This document shows, in pieces, positions 40,295 through 55,650 of a stretch of DNA of 64,000 nucleotides (the first letter of the stretch is position 1; every line of letters starts with the position of its first letter). Source of the DNA: Callorhinchus milii (Eukaryota). The notes below the pieces were generated by a model. That model had not been told where the DNA came from, did no database searches, and saw only the letters and a list, made by a program, of their open reading frames with translations. The stretch covers positions 39,124,001 to 39,188,000 of the forward strand of contig NW_024704742.1 in NCBI RefSeq assembly GCF_018977255.1, in the 5' to 3' direction. A program made the position numbers and the translations under genes.

Positions 40295-40595
40295 CTGCAG
40301 AGATGAGGAGGAATGAAGAGCTGACTTACTTTACCATCTTCTCGTCTTCGTCTCAGTTTCACAATGTGATTTCTCCAAATGCCCAGACTTCATCTTTTAT
40401 ATTTCTTCAGCTGAATATCTCTTCATCCTTTTCAATTCATTTTGGATAGGGTGATGTTGTTGCCCTTGGTTGACTTCAATATAGTTGACCAGTTATAAGT
40501 TATGATGTCTTTTGTTTGGGTGATAATGACTCCCTTTGTTACCTGGGGTTCAGGTGACCTTTCTAATATGTTCACTTTCGAGTAAGAACTAAATA
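40295..40595 (-). promoter_or_regulatory. Promoter module copy 17
   Basis: TATA 40394-40401. Confidence 0.7.
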
Positions 40596-42307
40596 TGCCT
40601 TTGTGTCTCCAATCTACAACAGTTCCGTGGGCTCCTCCAACAAAGGATGACTTTGGGAAGGAAGGGTCAGGTAAATGTCGCCCAAACAAGGTAGCACTTA
40701 TTAAAAAACACATAGAAAATGCTGCTGTTTAGGTGACATGTCCCTTCAATCTACAGCAATTCCAAATCACCAGTCGTGGCCTCCTACAACAAACTGAACG
40801 GAGGTTCCTTCAGGTAAACATCGCCAAAACAAGTAGCACTTACCAGAAAATTACTCAGCAAAATGCTACTGTTTGGGTGATATGTCCATTTACTGCACAA
40901 TACCTTGATGGCATAATTCGAGGTATTCTCCCCCAATCTTTCACAGTAGGAAAGAAGTTTCGGTCAGGTAAATGTCGCCAAAACAAGGTAGCACTTATTA
41001 AAAAACACATAGAAAATGCTCCTGCTGAGGTGACATGTGCTTTAGTGTTCAAAACCTTGATGTCCTCCACCAAATCATCAGAGACGGAATCTAGATTTGT
41101 TCAGGTAAATGTCGCCCAAACAAGGTAGCACTTACCAAAAAACACATAGAAAATGCTACTGTTGAGGTGACATGTGCCTTTAATCTACGGCAGTTTCCCG
41201 GAACCTGACATGGCTTCCTACAACTACACTGAAGGAAGGTTCGGTCAGGAAAACGTTGCCCAAACAGGTAGCACTTATCTGAAAAATACACAGGAAAATG
41301 CTACTCTTTGGGTTACATGTGCCTCTGCTGTCCTATACCCGGATGGAATCAAATGTGGTCTCCTTCACCTTACCGTCACAGTTGGAAAGAAGGTTTGGTC
41401 AGGTAAATGTCGCCCAAACAAGGTAGCACTTACCAAAAAACACATAATAGAAAATGCTCCTGTTCAGTTGACATTTGCCTTTAATCTACAGCAGTTCGCC
41501 GGAAGCAGACATGGCCTCCTGCAACAAATTAACTGAAGGTTTGGTCAGGAAAACGTTGCCCAAACAGTTAGCACTTACCAGAAAACAAACAGAAAATGCT
41601 GCTGTTTAGGTGACATGTCCCTTCAATCTACAGCAATTCCAAATCACCAGTCGTGGCCTCCTACAACAAACTGAACGGAGGTTCCTTCAGGTAAACATCG
41701 CCAAAACAAGTAGCACTTACCAGAAAATTACTCAGCAAAATGCTACTGTTTGGGTGATATGTCCATTTACTGTACAATACCTTGATGGCATAAGTCGAGG
41801 TATTCTCCTCCAATCTTTCACAGTAGGAAAGAAGTTTCGGTCTGGTAAATGTCGCCAAAACAGGGTAGCACTTACTAAAAAACACATAGAAAATGCTCCT
41901 GCTGAGGTGACATGTGCTTTAGTGTTCAAAACCTTGATGTCCTCCACCAAATCATCAGAGACGGAATCTAGATTTGTTCAGGTAAATGTCGCCCAAACAA
42001 GGTAGCACTTACCAAAAAACACATAGAAAATGCTACTGTTTAGGTCACATGTGCCACTAATCTACGGCAGTTCCCTGAAACCAGACATGGCCTCCTGCAA
42101 CAAGCTGAATGAAGGTTCGGTCAGGTAAACATTGCCCAAACCAGTAGCACTTAGCAGAAAAATACACAGGAAAATGCTACTGTTTGGGGGATATGTGCCT
42201 TTACTTTCCAACTCCTGGATGGAATCCAATGTGTTCCCCTTCAACAAACCAGCACAGGAGAAAAGGCGTTTCAGTCAGGCAAATGTCATCCAAACTAGAT
42301 AGCAATC

Positions 42308-42608
42308 CTGCAGAGATGAAGAGGAATGAAGAGCTGACTTACTTCACCATCTTCTCGTCTTCGTCTCAGTTTCACAATGTGATTTCTCCAAATGCCCAGA
42401 CTTCATCTTTTATATTTCTTCAGCTGAATATCTCTTCATCCTTTTCAATTCATTTTGGATAGGGTGATGTTGTTGCCCTTGGTTGACTTCAATATAGTTG
42501 ACCAGTTATAAGTTATGATGTCTTTTGTTTGGGTGATAATGACTCCCTTTGTTACCTGGGGTTCAGGTGACCTTTCTAATATGTTCACTTTCGAGTAAGA
42601 ACTAAATA
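42308..42608 (-). promoter_or_regulatory. Promoter module copy 18
   Basis: TATA 42407-42414. Confidence 0.7.
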
Positions 42609-45052
42609 TGCCTTTGTGTCTCCAATCTACAACAGTTCCGTGGGCTCCTCCAACAAAGGATGACTTTGGGAAGGAAGGGTCAGGTAAATGTCGCCCAAAC
42701 AAGGTAGCACTTATTAAAAAACACATAGAAAATGCTGTTATTCAGGTGACATTTGCCTTTAATCTACGGCAGATGGCCGGAACCAGACATGGCCATCTAC
42801 AAGAAACTAAATGAAGATTCGATCGGGTAGACGTTGCCCAAACAATTAGCACTTAGCAGAAACATGCACATGAAAATGCTACTGTTCGGGTGATATGTGC
42901 CTTTAGTGTTCAAAACCTTGATGTCCTCCATCAAATCATCAGAGACGGAATCCAGATTTGGTCAGGTAAATGTTGCCCAAACAAGGTAGCACTTACCAAA
43001 AACGACATAGAAAATGCTGCTGTTTAGGTGACATGTCCCTTCAATCTACAGCAATTCCAAATCACCAGTCGTGGCCTCCTACAACAAACTGAACGGAGGT
43101 TCCTTCAGGTAAACATCGCCAAAACAAGTAGCACTTACCAGAAAATTACTCAGCAAAATGCTACTGTTTGGGTGATATGTCCATTTACTGCACAATACCT
43201 TGATGGCATAAGTCGAGGTATTCTCCCCCAATCTTTCACAGTAAGAAAGAAGTTTCGGTCAGGTAAATGTCGCCAAAACAAGGTAGCACTTATTAAAAAA
43301 CACATAGAAAATGCTCCTGCTGAGGTGACATGTGCTTTAGTGTTCAAAACCTTGATGTCCTCCACCAAATCATCAGAGACGGAATCTAGATTTGTTCACG
43401 TAAATGTCGCCCAAACAAGGTAGCACTTACCAAAAAACACATAGAAAATGCTACTGTTTAGGTCACATGTGCCACTAATCTACGGCAGTTCCCCGGAACC
43501 TGACATGGCTTCCTACAACCACACTGAAGGAAGGTTCGGTCAGGAAAACGTTGCCCAAACAGGTAGCACTTATCTGAAAAATACACAGGAAAATGCTACT
43601 CTTTGGGTTACATGTGCCTCTGCTGTCCTATACCCGGATGGAATCAAATGTGGTCTCCTTCACCTTACCGTCACAGTTGGAAAGAAGGTTTGGTCAGGTA
43701 AATGTCGCCCAAACAAGGTAGCACTTACCAAAAAACACATAGAAAATGCTACTGTTGAGGTGACATGTGCCTTTAATCTACGGCAGTTTCCCGGAACCTG
43801 ACATGGCTTCCTACAACCACACTGAAGGAAGGTTCGGTCAGGAAAACGTTGCCCAAACAGGTAGCACTTATCTGAAAAATACACAGGAAAATGCTACTGT
43901 TTGGGTTACATGTGCCTCTGCTGTCCTATACCCGGATGGAATCAAATGTGGTCTCCTTCACCTTACCGTCACAGTTGGAAAGAAGGTTTGTTCAGGTAAA
44001 TGTCGCCCAAACAAGGTAGCACTTACCAAAAAACACATAGAAAATGCTACTGTTTAGGTCACATGTGCCACTAATCTACGGCAGTTCCCCGGAACCTGAC
44101 ATGGCTTCCTACAACCACACTGAAGGAAGGTTCGGTCAGGAAAACGTTGCCCAAACAGTTAGCACTTACCGGAAAACAAACAGAAAATGCTGCTGTTTAG
44201 GTGACATGTCCCTTCAATCTACAGCAATTCCAAATCACCAGTCGTGGCCTCCTACAACAAACTGAATGGAGGTTCCTTCAGGTAAACATCGCCAAAACAA
44301 GTAGCACTTACCAGAAAATTACTCAGCAAAATGCTATTGTTTGGGTGATATGTCCATTTACTGCACAATACCTTGATGGCATAAGTCGAGGTATTCTCCC
44401 CCAATCTTTCACAGTAGGAAAGAAGTTTCGGTCAGGTAAGCATCGCCAAAACAAGTTGCACTTACCAGAAAATTACTCAGCAAAATGCTACTGTTTGGGT
44501 GATATGTCCATTTACTGCACAATACCTTGATGGCATAAGTCAAGGTATTCTCCCCCAATCTTTCACAGTAGGAAAGAAGTTTCGGTCAGGTAAATGTCGC
44601 CAAAACAAGGTAGCACTTATTAAAAAACACATAGAAAATGCTCCTGCTGAGGTGACATGTGCTTCAGTGTTCAAAACCTTGATGTCCTCCACCAAATCAT
44701 CAGAGACGGAATCCAGATTTGTTCAGGTAAATGTCGCCCAAACAAAGTAGCACTTGCCAAAAAACACATAGAAAATGCTACTGTTTAGGTCACATGTGCC
44801 ACTAATCTACGGCAGTTCCCTGAAACCAGACATGGCCTCCTGCAACAAGCTGAATGAAGGTTCGGTCAGGTAAACATTGCCCAAACCAGTAGCACTTAGC
44901 AGAAAAATACACAAGAAAATGCTACTGTTTGGGTGATATGTGCCTTTACTTTCCAACTCCTGGATGGAATCCAATGTGTTCCCCTTCAACAAACCAGCAC
45001 AGGAGAAAAGGTGTTTCAGTCAGGCAAATGTCATCCAAACTAGATAGCAATC

Positions 45053-45353
45053 CTGCAGAGATGAGGAGGAATGAAGAGCTGACTTACTTTACCATCTTCT
45101 CGTCTTCGTCTCAGTTTCACAATGTGATTTCTCCAAATGCCCAGACTTCATCTTTTATATTTCTTCAGCTGAATATCTCTTCATCCTTTTCAATTCATTT
45201 TGGATAGGGTGATGTTGTTGCCCTTGGTTGACTTCAATATAGTTGACCAGTTATAAGTTATGATGTCTTTTGTTTGGGTGATAATGACTCCCTTTGTTAC
45301 CTGGGGTTCAGGTGACCTTTCTAATATGTTCACTTTCGAGTAAGAACTAAATA
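45053..45353 (-). promoter_or_regulatory. Promoter module copy 19
   Basis: TATA 45152-45159. Confidence 0.7.
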
Positions 45354-48300
45354 TGCCTTTGTGTCTCCAATCTACAACAGTGCCGTGGGCTCCTCCAACA
45401 AAGGATGACTTTGGGAAGGAAGGGTCAGGTAAATGTCGCCCAAACAAGGTAGCACTTATTAAAAAACACATAGAAAATGCTGCTATTCAGGAGACATTTG
45501 CCTTTAATCTACGGCAGATGGCCGGAACCAGACATGGCCATCTACAAGAAACTAAATGAAGATTCGATCGGGTAGACGTTACCCAAACAATTAGCACTGA
45601 GCAGAAACATGCACATGAAAATGCTACTGTTCGGGTGATATGTGCCTTTAGTGTTCAAAACCTTGATATCCTCCATCAAATCATCAGACGGAATCCAGAT
45701 TCGGTCAGGTAAATGTTGCCCAAACAAGGTAGCACTTACCAAAAACGACATAGAAAACGCTGCTGTTTAGGTGACATGTCCCTTCAATCTACAGCAATTC
45801 CAAATCACCAGTCGTGGCCTCCTACAACAAACTGAACGGAGGTTCCTTCAGGTAAACATCGCCAAAACAAGTAGCACTTACCAGAAAATTACTCAGCAAA
45901 ATGCTACTGTTTGGGTGATATGTCCATTTACTGCACAATACCTTCATGGCATAAGTCGAGGTATTCTCCCCCAATCTTTCACAGTAGGAAAGAAGTTTCG
46001 GTCAGGTAAATGTCGCCAAAACAAGGTAGCACTAATTAAAAAACACATAGAAAATGCTCCTGCTGAGGTGACATGTGCTTCAGTGTTCAAAACCTTGATG
46101 TCCTCCACCAAATCATCAGAGACGGAATCTAGATTTGTTCAGGTAAATGTCGCCCAAACAAGGCAGCACTTACCAAAAAAGACATAGAAAATGCTACTGT
46201 TGAGGTGACATGTGCCTTTAATCTACGGCAGTTCCCCGCAACCTGACATGGCTTCCTACAACCACACTGAAGGAAGGTTCGGTCAGGAAAACGTTGCCCA
46301 AACAGGTAGCACTTATCTGAAAAATACACAGGAAAATGCTACTGTTTGGGTTACATGTGCCTCTGCTGTCCTATACCCGGATGGAATCAAATGTGGTCTC
46401 CTTCACCTTACCGTCACAGTTGGAAAGAAGGTTTGTTCAGGTAAATGTCGCCCAAACAAGGTAGCACTTACCAAAAAACACATAGAAAATGCTACTGTTG
46501 AGGTGACATGTGCCTTTAATCTACAGCAATTCCAAATCACCAGTCGTGGCCTCCTACAACAAACTGAACGGAGGTTCCTTCAGGTAAACATCGCCAAACC
46601 AAGTAGCACTTACCAGAAAATTACTCAGCAAAATGCTACTGTTTGGGTGATATGTCCATTTACTGCACAATACCTTGATGGCATAAGTCGAGGTATTCTC
46701 CCCCAATCTTTCACAGTAGGAGAGAAGTTTCGGTCAGGTAAATGTCGCCAAAACAAGGTAGCACTTATTAAAAAACACATAGAAAATGCTCCTGCTGAGG
46801 TGACATGTGCTTCAGTGTTCAAAACCTTGATGTCCTCCACCAAATCATCAGAGACGGAATCTAGATTTGTTCAGGTAAATGTCGCCCAAACAAGGTAGCA
46901 CTTACCAAAAAACACATAGAAAATGCTACTGTTGAGGTGACATGTGCCTTTAATCTACAGCAATTCCAAATCACCAGTAGTGGCCTCCTACAACAAACTG
47001 AACGGAGGTTCCTTCAGGTAAACATCGCCAAACCAAGTAGCACTTACCAGAAAATTACTCAGCAAAATGCTACTGTTTGGGTGATATGTCCATTTACTGC
47101 ACAATACCTTGATGGCATAAGTCGAGGTATTCTCCCCCAATCTTTCACAGTAGGAAAGAAGTTTCGGTCAGGTAAATGTCGCCAAAACAAGGTAGCACTT
47201 ATTAAAAAACACATAGAAAATGCTCCTGCTGAGGTGACATGTGCTTTAGTGTTCAAAACCTTGATGTCCTCCACCAAATCATCAGAGACGGAATCTAGAT
47301 TTGTTCACGTAAATGTCGCCCAAACAAGGTAGCACTTACCAAAAAACACATAGAAAATGCTACTGTTTAGGTCACATGTGCCACTAATCTACGGCAGTTC
47401 CCCGGAACCTGACATGGCTTCCTACAACCACACTGAAGGAAGGTTCGGTCAGGAAAACGTTGCCCAAACAGGTAGCACTTATCTGAAAAATACACAGGAA
47501 AATGCTACTGTTTGGGTTACATGTGCCTCTGCTGTCCTATACCCGGATGGAATCAAATGTGGTCTCCTTCACCTTACCGTCACAGTTGGAAAGAAGGTTT
47601 GGTCAGGTAAATGTCGCCCAAACAAGGTAGCACTTACCAAAAAACACATAGAAAATGCTACTGTTTAGGTCACATGTGCCACTAATCTACGGCAGTTCCC
47701 CGGAACCTGACATGGCTTCCTACAACCACACTGAAGGAAGGTTCGGTCAGGAAAACGTTGTCCAAACAGTTAGCACTTACCGGAAAACAAACAGAAAATG
47801 CTGCTGTTTAGGTGACATGTCCCTTCAATCTACAGCAATTCCAAATCACCAGTCGTGGCCTCCTACAACAAACTGAATGGAGGTTCCTTCAGGTAAACAT
47901 CGCCAAAACAAGTAGCACTGACCAGAAAATTACTCAGCAAAATGCTATTGTTTGGGTGATATGTCCATTTACTGCACAATACCTTGATGGCATAAGTCAA
48001 GGTATTCTCCCCCAATCTTTCACAGTAGGAAAGAAGTTTCGGTCAGGTAAATGTCGCCAAAACAAGGTAGCACTTATTAAAAAACACATAGAAAATGCTC
48101 CTGCTGAGGTGACATGTGCTTCAGTGTTCAAAACCTTGATGTCCTCCACCAAATCATCAGAGACGGAATCCAGATTTGTTCAGGTAAATGTCGCCCAAAA
48201 CAAAGTAGCACTTGCCAAAAAACACATAGAAAATGCTACTGTTTAGGTCACATGTGCCACTAATCTACGGCAGTTCCCTGAAACCAGACATGGCCTCCTG

Positions 48301-48510
48301 CAACAAGCTGAATGAAGGTTCGGTCAGGTAAACATTGCCCAAACCAGTAGCACTTAGCAGAAAAATACACAAGAAAATGCTACTGTTTGGGTGATATGTG
48401 ACTTTACTTTCCAACTCCTGGATGGAATCCAATGTGTTCCCCTTCAACAAACCAGCACAGGAGAAAAGGTGTTTCAGTCAGGCAAATGTCATCCAAACTA
48501 GATAGCAATC

Positions 48511-48811
48511 CTGCAGAGATGAGGAGGAATGAAGAGCTGACTTACTTTACCATCTTCTCGTCTTCGTCTCAGTTTCACAATGTGATTTCTCCAAATGCCC
48601 AGACTTCATCTTTTATATTTCTTCAGCTGAATATCTCTTCATCCTTTTCAATTCATTTTGGATAGGGTGATGTTGTTGCCCTTGGTTGACTTCAATATAG
48701 TTGACCAGTTATAAGTTATGATGTCTTTTGTTTGGGTGATAATGACTCCCTTTGTTACCTGGGGTTCAGGTGACCTTTCTAATATGTTCACTTTCGAGTA
48801 AGAACTAAATA
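48511..48811 (-). promoter_or_regulatory. Promoter module copy 20
   Basis: TATA 48610-48617. Confidence 0.7.
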
Positions 48812-50611
48812 TGCCTTTGTGTCTCCAATCTACAACAGTTCCGTGGGCTCCTCCAACAAAGGATGACTTTGGGAAGGAAGGGTCAGGTAAATGTCGCCCA
48901 AACAAGGTAGCACTTATTAAAAAACACATAGAAAATGCTGCTGTTTAGGTGACATGTCCCTTCAATCTACAGCAATTCCAAATCACCAGTCGTGGCCTCC
49001 TACAACAAACTGAACGGAGGTTCCTTCAGGTAAACATCGCCAAAACAAGTAGCACTTACCAGAAAATTACTCAGCAAAATGCTACTGTTTGGGTGATATG
49101 TCCATTTACTGCACAATACCTTGATGGCATAATTCGAGGTATTCTCCCCCAATCTTTCACAGTAGGAAAGAAGTTTCGGTCAGGTAAATGTCGCCAAAAC
49201 AAGGTAGCACTTATTAAAAAACACATAGAAAATGCTCCTGCTGAGGTGACATGTGCTTTAGTGTTCAAAACCTTGATGTCCTCCACCAAATCATCAGAGA
49301 CGGAATCTAGATTTGTTCAGGTAAATGTCGCCCAAACAAGGTAGCACTTACCAAAAAACACATAGAAAATGCTACTGTTGAGGTGACATGTGCCTTTAAT
49401 CTACGGCAGTTTCCCGGAACCTGACATGGCTTCCTACAACTACACTGAAGGAAGGTTCGGTCAGGAAAACGTTGCCCAAACAGGTAGCACTTATCTGAAA
49501 AATACACAGGAAAATGCTACTCTTTGGGTTACATGTGCCTCTGCTGTCCTATACCCGGATGGAATCAAATGTGGTCTCCTTCACCTTACCGTCACAGTTG
49601 GAAAGAAGGTTTGGTCAGGTAAATGTCGCCCAAACAAGGTAGCACTTACCAAAAAACACATAATAGAAAATGCTCCTGTTCAGTTGACATTTGCCTTTAA
49701 TCTACAGCAGTTCGCCGGAAGCAGACATGGCCTCCTGCAACAAATTAACTGAAGGTTTGGTCAGGAAAACGTTGCCCAAACAGTTAGCACTTACCAGAAA
49801 ACAAACAGAAAATGCTGCTGTTTAGGTGACATGTCCCTTCAATCTACAGCAATTCCAAATCACCAGTCGTGGCCTCCTACAACAAACTGAACGGAGGTTC
49901 CTTCAGGTAAACATCGCCAAAACAAGTAGCACTTACCAGAAAATTACTCAGCAAAATGCTACTGTTTGGGTGATATGTCCATTTACTGTACAATACCTTG
50001 ATGGCATAAGTCGAGGTATTCTCCTCCAATCTTTCACAGTAGGAAAGAAGTTTCGGTCTGGTAAATGTCGCCAAAACAGGGTAGCACTTACTAAAAAACA
50101 CATAGAAAATGCTCCTGCTGAGGTGACATGTGCTTTAGTGTTCAAAACCTTGATGTCCTCCACCAAATCATCAGAGACGGAATCTAGATTTGTTCAGGTA
50201 AATGTCGCCCAAACAAGGTAGCACTTACCTGAAAAACACACAGAAAATGCTACTGTTTGGGTTACATGTGCCTCTGCTGTCCTATACCCGGATGGAATCA
50301 AATGTGGTCTCCTCCACCTTACCGTCACAGTTGGAAAGAAGGTTTAGGTCACATGTGCCACTAATCTACGGCAGTTCCCTGAAACCAGACATGGCCTCCT
50401 GCAACAAGCTGAATGAAGGTTCGGTCAGGTAAACATTGCCCAAACCAGTAGCACTTAGCAGAAAAATACACAGGAAAATGCTACTGTTTGGGGGATATGT
50501 GCCTTTACTTTCCAACTCCTGGATGGAATCCAATGTGTTCCCCTTCAACAAACCAGCACAGGAGAAAAGGCGTTTCAGTCAGGCAAATGTCATCCAAACT
50601 AGATAGCAATC

Positions 50612-50912
50612 CTGCAGAGATGAAGAGGAATGAAGAGCTGACTTACTTCACCATCTTCTCGTCTTCGTCTCAGTTTCACAATGTGATTTCTCCAAATGCC
50701 CAGACTTCATCTTTTATATTTCTTCAGCTGAATATCTCTTCATCCTTTTCAATTCATTTTGGATAGGGTGATGTTGTTGCCCTTGGTTGACTTCAATATA
50801 GTTGACCAGTTATAAGTTATGATGTCTTTTGTTTGGGTGATAATGACTCCCTTTGTTACCTGGGGTTCAGGTGACCTTTCTAATATGTTCACTTTCGAGT
50901 AAGAACTAAATA
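50612..50912 (-). promoter_or_regulatory. Promoter module copy 21
   Basis: TATA 50711-50718. Confidence 0.7.
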
Positions 50913-53355
50913 TGCCTTTGTGTCTCCAATCTACAACAGTTCCGTGGGCTCCTCCAACAAAGGATGACTTTGGGAAGGAAGGGTCAGGTAAATGTCGCCC
51001 AAACAAGGTAGCACTTATTAAAAAACACATAGAAAATGCTGTTATTCAGGTGACATTTGCCTTTAATCTACGGCAGATGGCCGGAACCAGACATGGCCAT
51101 CTACAAGAAACTAAATGAAGATTCGATCGGGTAGACGTTGCCCAAACAATTAGCACTTAGCAGAAACATGCACATGAAAATGCTACTGTTCGGGTGATAT
51201 GTGCCTTTAGTGTTCAAAACCTTGATGTCCTCCATCAAATCATCAGAGACGGAATCCAGATTTGGTCAGGTAAATGTTGCCCAAACAAGGTAGCACTTAC
51301 CAAAAACGACATAGAAAATGCTGCTGTTTAGGTGACATGTCCCTTCAATCTACAGCAATTCCAAATCACCAGTCGTGGCCTCCTACAACAAACTGAACGG
51401 AGGTTCCTTCAGGTAAACATCGCCAAAACAAGTAGCACTTACCAGAAAATTACTCAGCAAAATGCTACTGTTTGGGTGATATGTCCATTTACTGCACAAT
51501 ACCTTGATGGCATAAGTCGAGGTATTCTCCCCCAATCTTTCACAGTAGGAAAGAAGTTTCGGTCAGGTAAATGTCGCCAAAACAAGGTAGCACTTATTAA
51601 AAAACACATAGAAAATGCTCCTGCTGAGGTGACATGTGCTTTAGTGTTCAAAACCTTGATGTCCTCCACCAAATCATCAGAGACGGAATCTAGATTTGTT
51701 CACGTAAATGTCGCCCAAACAAGGTAGCACTTACCAAAAAACACATAGAAAATGCTACTGTTTAGGTCACATGTGCCACTAATCTACGGCAGTTCCCCGG
51801 AACCTGACATGGCTTCCTACAACCACACTGAAGGAAGGTTCGGTCAGGAAAACGTTGCCCAAACAGGTAGCACTTATCTGAAAAATACACAGGAAAATGC
51901 TACTCTTTGGGTTACATGTGCCTCTGCTGTCCTATACCCGGATGGAATCAAATGTGGTCTCCTTCACCTTACCGTCACAGTTGGAAAGAAGGTTTGGTCA
52001 GGTAAATGTCGCCCAAACAAGGTAGCACTTACCAAAAAACACATAGAAAATGCTACTGTTGAGGTGACATGTGCCTTTAATCTACGGCAGTTTCCCGGAA
52101 CCTGACATGGCTTCCTACAACCACACTGAAGGAAGGTTCGGTCAGGAAAACGTTGCCCAAACAGGTAGCACTTATCTGAAAAATACACAGGAAAATGCTA
52201 CTGTTTGGGTTACATGTGCCTCTGCTGTCCTATACCCGGATGGAATCAAATGTGGTCTCCTTCACCTTACCGTCACAGTTGGAAAGAAGGTTTGTTCAGG
52301 TAAATGTCGCCCAAACAAGGTAGCACTTACCAAAAAACACATAGAAAATGCTACTGTTTAGGTCACATGTGCCACTAATCTACGGCAGTTCCCCGGAACC
52401 TGACATGGCTTCCTACAACCACACTGAAGGAAGGTTCGGTCAGGAAAACGTTGCCCAAACAGTTAGCACTTACCGGAAAACAAACAGAAAATGCTGCTGT
52501 TTAGGTGACATGTCCCTTCAATCTACAGCAATTCCAAATCACCAGTCGTGGCCTCCTACAACAAACTGAATGGAGGTTCCTTCAGGTAAACATCGCCAAA
52601 ACAAGTAGCACTTACCAGAAAATTACTCAGCAAAATGCTATTGTTTGGGTGATATGTCCATTTACTGCACAATACCTTGATGGCATAAGTCGAGGTATTC
52701 TCCCCCAATCTTTCACAGTAGGAAAGAAGTTTCGGTCAGGTAAGCATCGCCAAAACAAGTTGCACTTACCAGAAAATTACTCAGCAAAATGCCACTGTTT
52801 GGGTGATATGTCCATTTACTGCACAATACCTTGATGGCATAAGTCAAGGTATTCTCCCCCAATCTTTCACAGTAGGAAAGAAGTTTCGGTCAGGTAAATG
52901 TCGCCAAAACAAGGTAGCACTTATTAAAAACACATAGAAAATGCTCCTGCTGAGGTGACATGTGCTTCAGTGTTCAAAACCTTGATGTCCTCCACCAAAT
53001 CATCAGAGACGGAATCCAGATTTGTTCAGGTAAATGTCGCCCAAACAAAGTAGCACTTGCCAAAAAACACATAGAAAATGCTACTGTTTAGGTCACATGT
53101 GCCACTAATCTACGGCAGTTCCCTGAAACCAGACATGGCCTCCTGCAACAAGCTGAATGAAGGTTCGGTCAGGTAAACATTGCCCAAACCAGTAGCACTT
53201 AGCAGAAAAATACACAAGAAAATGCTACTGTTTGGGTGATATGTGCCTTTACTTTCCAACTCCTGGATGGAATCCAATGTGTTCCCCTTCAACAAACCAG
53301 CACAGGAGAAAAGGTGTTTCAGTCAGGCAAATGTCATCCAAACTAGATAGCAATC

Positions 53356-53656
53356 CTGCAGAGATGAGGAGGAATGAAGAGCTGACTTACTTTACCATCT
53401 TCTCGTCTTCGTCTCAGTTTCACAATGTGATTTCTCCAAATGCCCAGACTTCATCTTTTATATTTCTTCAGCTGAATATCTCTTCATCCTTTTCAATTCA
53501 TTTTGGATAGGGTGATGTTGTTGCCCTTGGTTGACTTCAATATAGTTGACCAGTTATAAGTTATGATGTCTTTTGTTTGGGTGATAATGACTCCCTTTGT
53601 TACCTGGGGTTCAGGTGACCTTTCTAATATGTTCACTTTCGAGTAAGAACTAAATA
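53356..53656 (-). promoter_or_regulatory. Promoter module copy 22
   Basis: TATA 53455-53462. Confidence 0.7.
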
Positions 53657-55650
53657 TGCCTTTGTGTCTCCAATCTACAACAGTTCCGTGGGCTCCTCCA
53701 ACAAAGGATGACTTTGGGAAGGAAGGGTCAGGTAAATGTCGCCCAAACAAGGTAGCACTTATTAAAAAACACATAGAAAATGCTGCTATTCAGGAGACAT
53801 TTGCCTTTAATCTACGGCAGATGGCCGGAACCAGACATGGCCATCTACAAGAAACTAAATGAAGATTCGATCGGGTAGACGTTACCCAAACAATTAGCAC
53901 TGAGCAGAAACATGCACATGAAAATGCTACTGTTCGGGTGATATGTGCCTTTAGTGTTCAAAACCTTGATATCCTCCATCAAATCATCAGAGACGGAATC
54001 CAGATTTGGTCAGGTAAATGTTGCCCAAACAAGGTAGCACTTACCAAAAACGACACAGAAAATGCTGCTGTTTAGGTGACATGTCCCTTCAATCTACAGC
54101 AATTCCAAATCACCAGTCGTGGCCTCCTACAACAAACTGAACGGAGGTTCCTTCAGGTAAACATCGCCAAAACAAGTAGCACTTACCAGAAAATTACTCA
54201 GCAAAATGCTACTGTTTGGGTGATATGTCCATTTACTGCACAATACCTTGATGGCATAAGTCGAGGTATTCTCCCCCAATCTTTCACAGTAGGAAAGAAG
54301 TTTCGGTCAGGTAAATGTCGCCAAAACAAGGTAGCACTTATTAAAAAACACATAGAAAATGCTCCTGCTGAGGTGACATGTGCTTTAGTGTTCAAAACCT
54401 TGATGTCCTCCACCAAATCATCAGAGACGGAATCTAGATTTGTTCAGGTAAATGTCGCCCAAACAAGGTAGCACTTACCAAAAAACACATAGAAAATGCT
54501 ACTGTTGAGGTGACATGTGCCTTTAATCTACGGCAGTTTCCCGGAACCTGACATGGCTTCCTACAACCACACTGAAGGAAGGTTCGGTCAGGAAAACGTT
54601 GCCCAAACAGGTAGCACTTATCTGAAAAATACACAGGAAAATGCTACTGTTTGGGTTACATGTGCCTCTGCTGTCCTATACCCGGATGGAATCAAATGTG
54701 GTCTCCTTCACCTTACCGTCACAGTTGGAAAGAAGGTTTGGTCAGGTAAATGTCGCCCAAACAAGGTAGCACTTACCAAAAAACACATAATAGAAAATGC
54801 TCCTGTTCAGTTGACATTTGCCTTTAATCTACAGCAGTTCGCCGGAAGCAGACATGGCCTCCTGCAACAAATTAACTGAAGGTTTGGTCAGGAAAACGTT
54901 GCCCAAACAGTTAGCACTTACCAGAAAACAAACAGAAAATGCTGCTGTTTAGGTGACATGTCCCTTCAATCTACAGCAATTCCAAATCACCAGTCGTGGC
55001 CTCCTACAACAAACTGAACGGAGGTTCCTTCAGGTAAACATCGCCAAAACAAGTAGCACTTACCAGAAAATTACTCAGCAAAATGCTACTGTTTGGGTGA
55101 TATGTCCATTTACTGTACAATACCTTGATGGCATAAGTCGAGGTATTCTCCTCCAATCTTTCACAGTAGGAAAGAAGTTTCGGTCTGGTAAATGTCGCCA
55201 AAACAGGGTAGCACTTACTAAAAAACACATAGAAAATGCTCCTGCTGAGGTGACATGTGCTTTAGTGTTCAAAACCTTGATGTCCTCCACCAAATCATCA
55301 GAGACGGAATCTAGATTTGTTCAGGTAAATGTCGCCCAAACAAGGTAGCACTTACCAAAAAACACATAGAAAATGCTACTGTTTATGTCACATGTGCCAC
55401 TAATCTACGGCAGTTCCCTGAAACCAGACATGGCCTCCTGCAACAAGCTGAATGAAGGTTCGGTCAGGTAAACATTGCCCAAACCAGTAGCACTTAGCAG
55501 AAAAATACACAGGAAAATGCTACTGTTTGGGGGATATGTGCCTTTACTTTCCAACTCCTGGATGGAATCCAATGTGTTCCCCTTCAACAAACCAGCACAG
55601 GAGAAAAGGCGTTTCAGTCAGGCAAATGTCATCCAAACTAGATAGCAATC

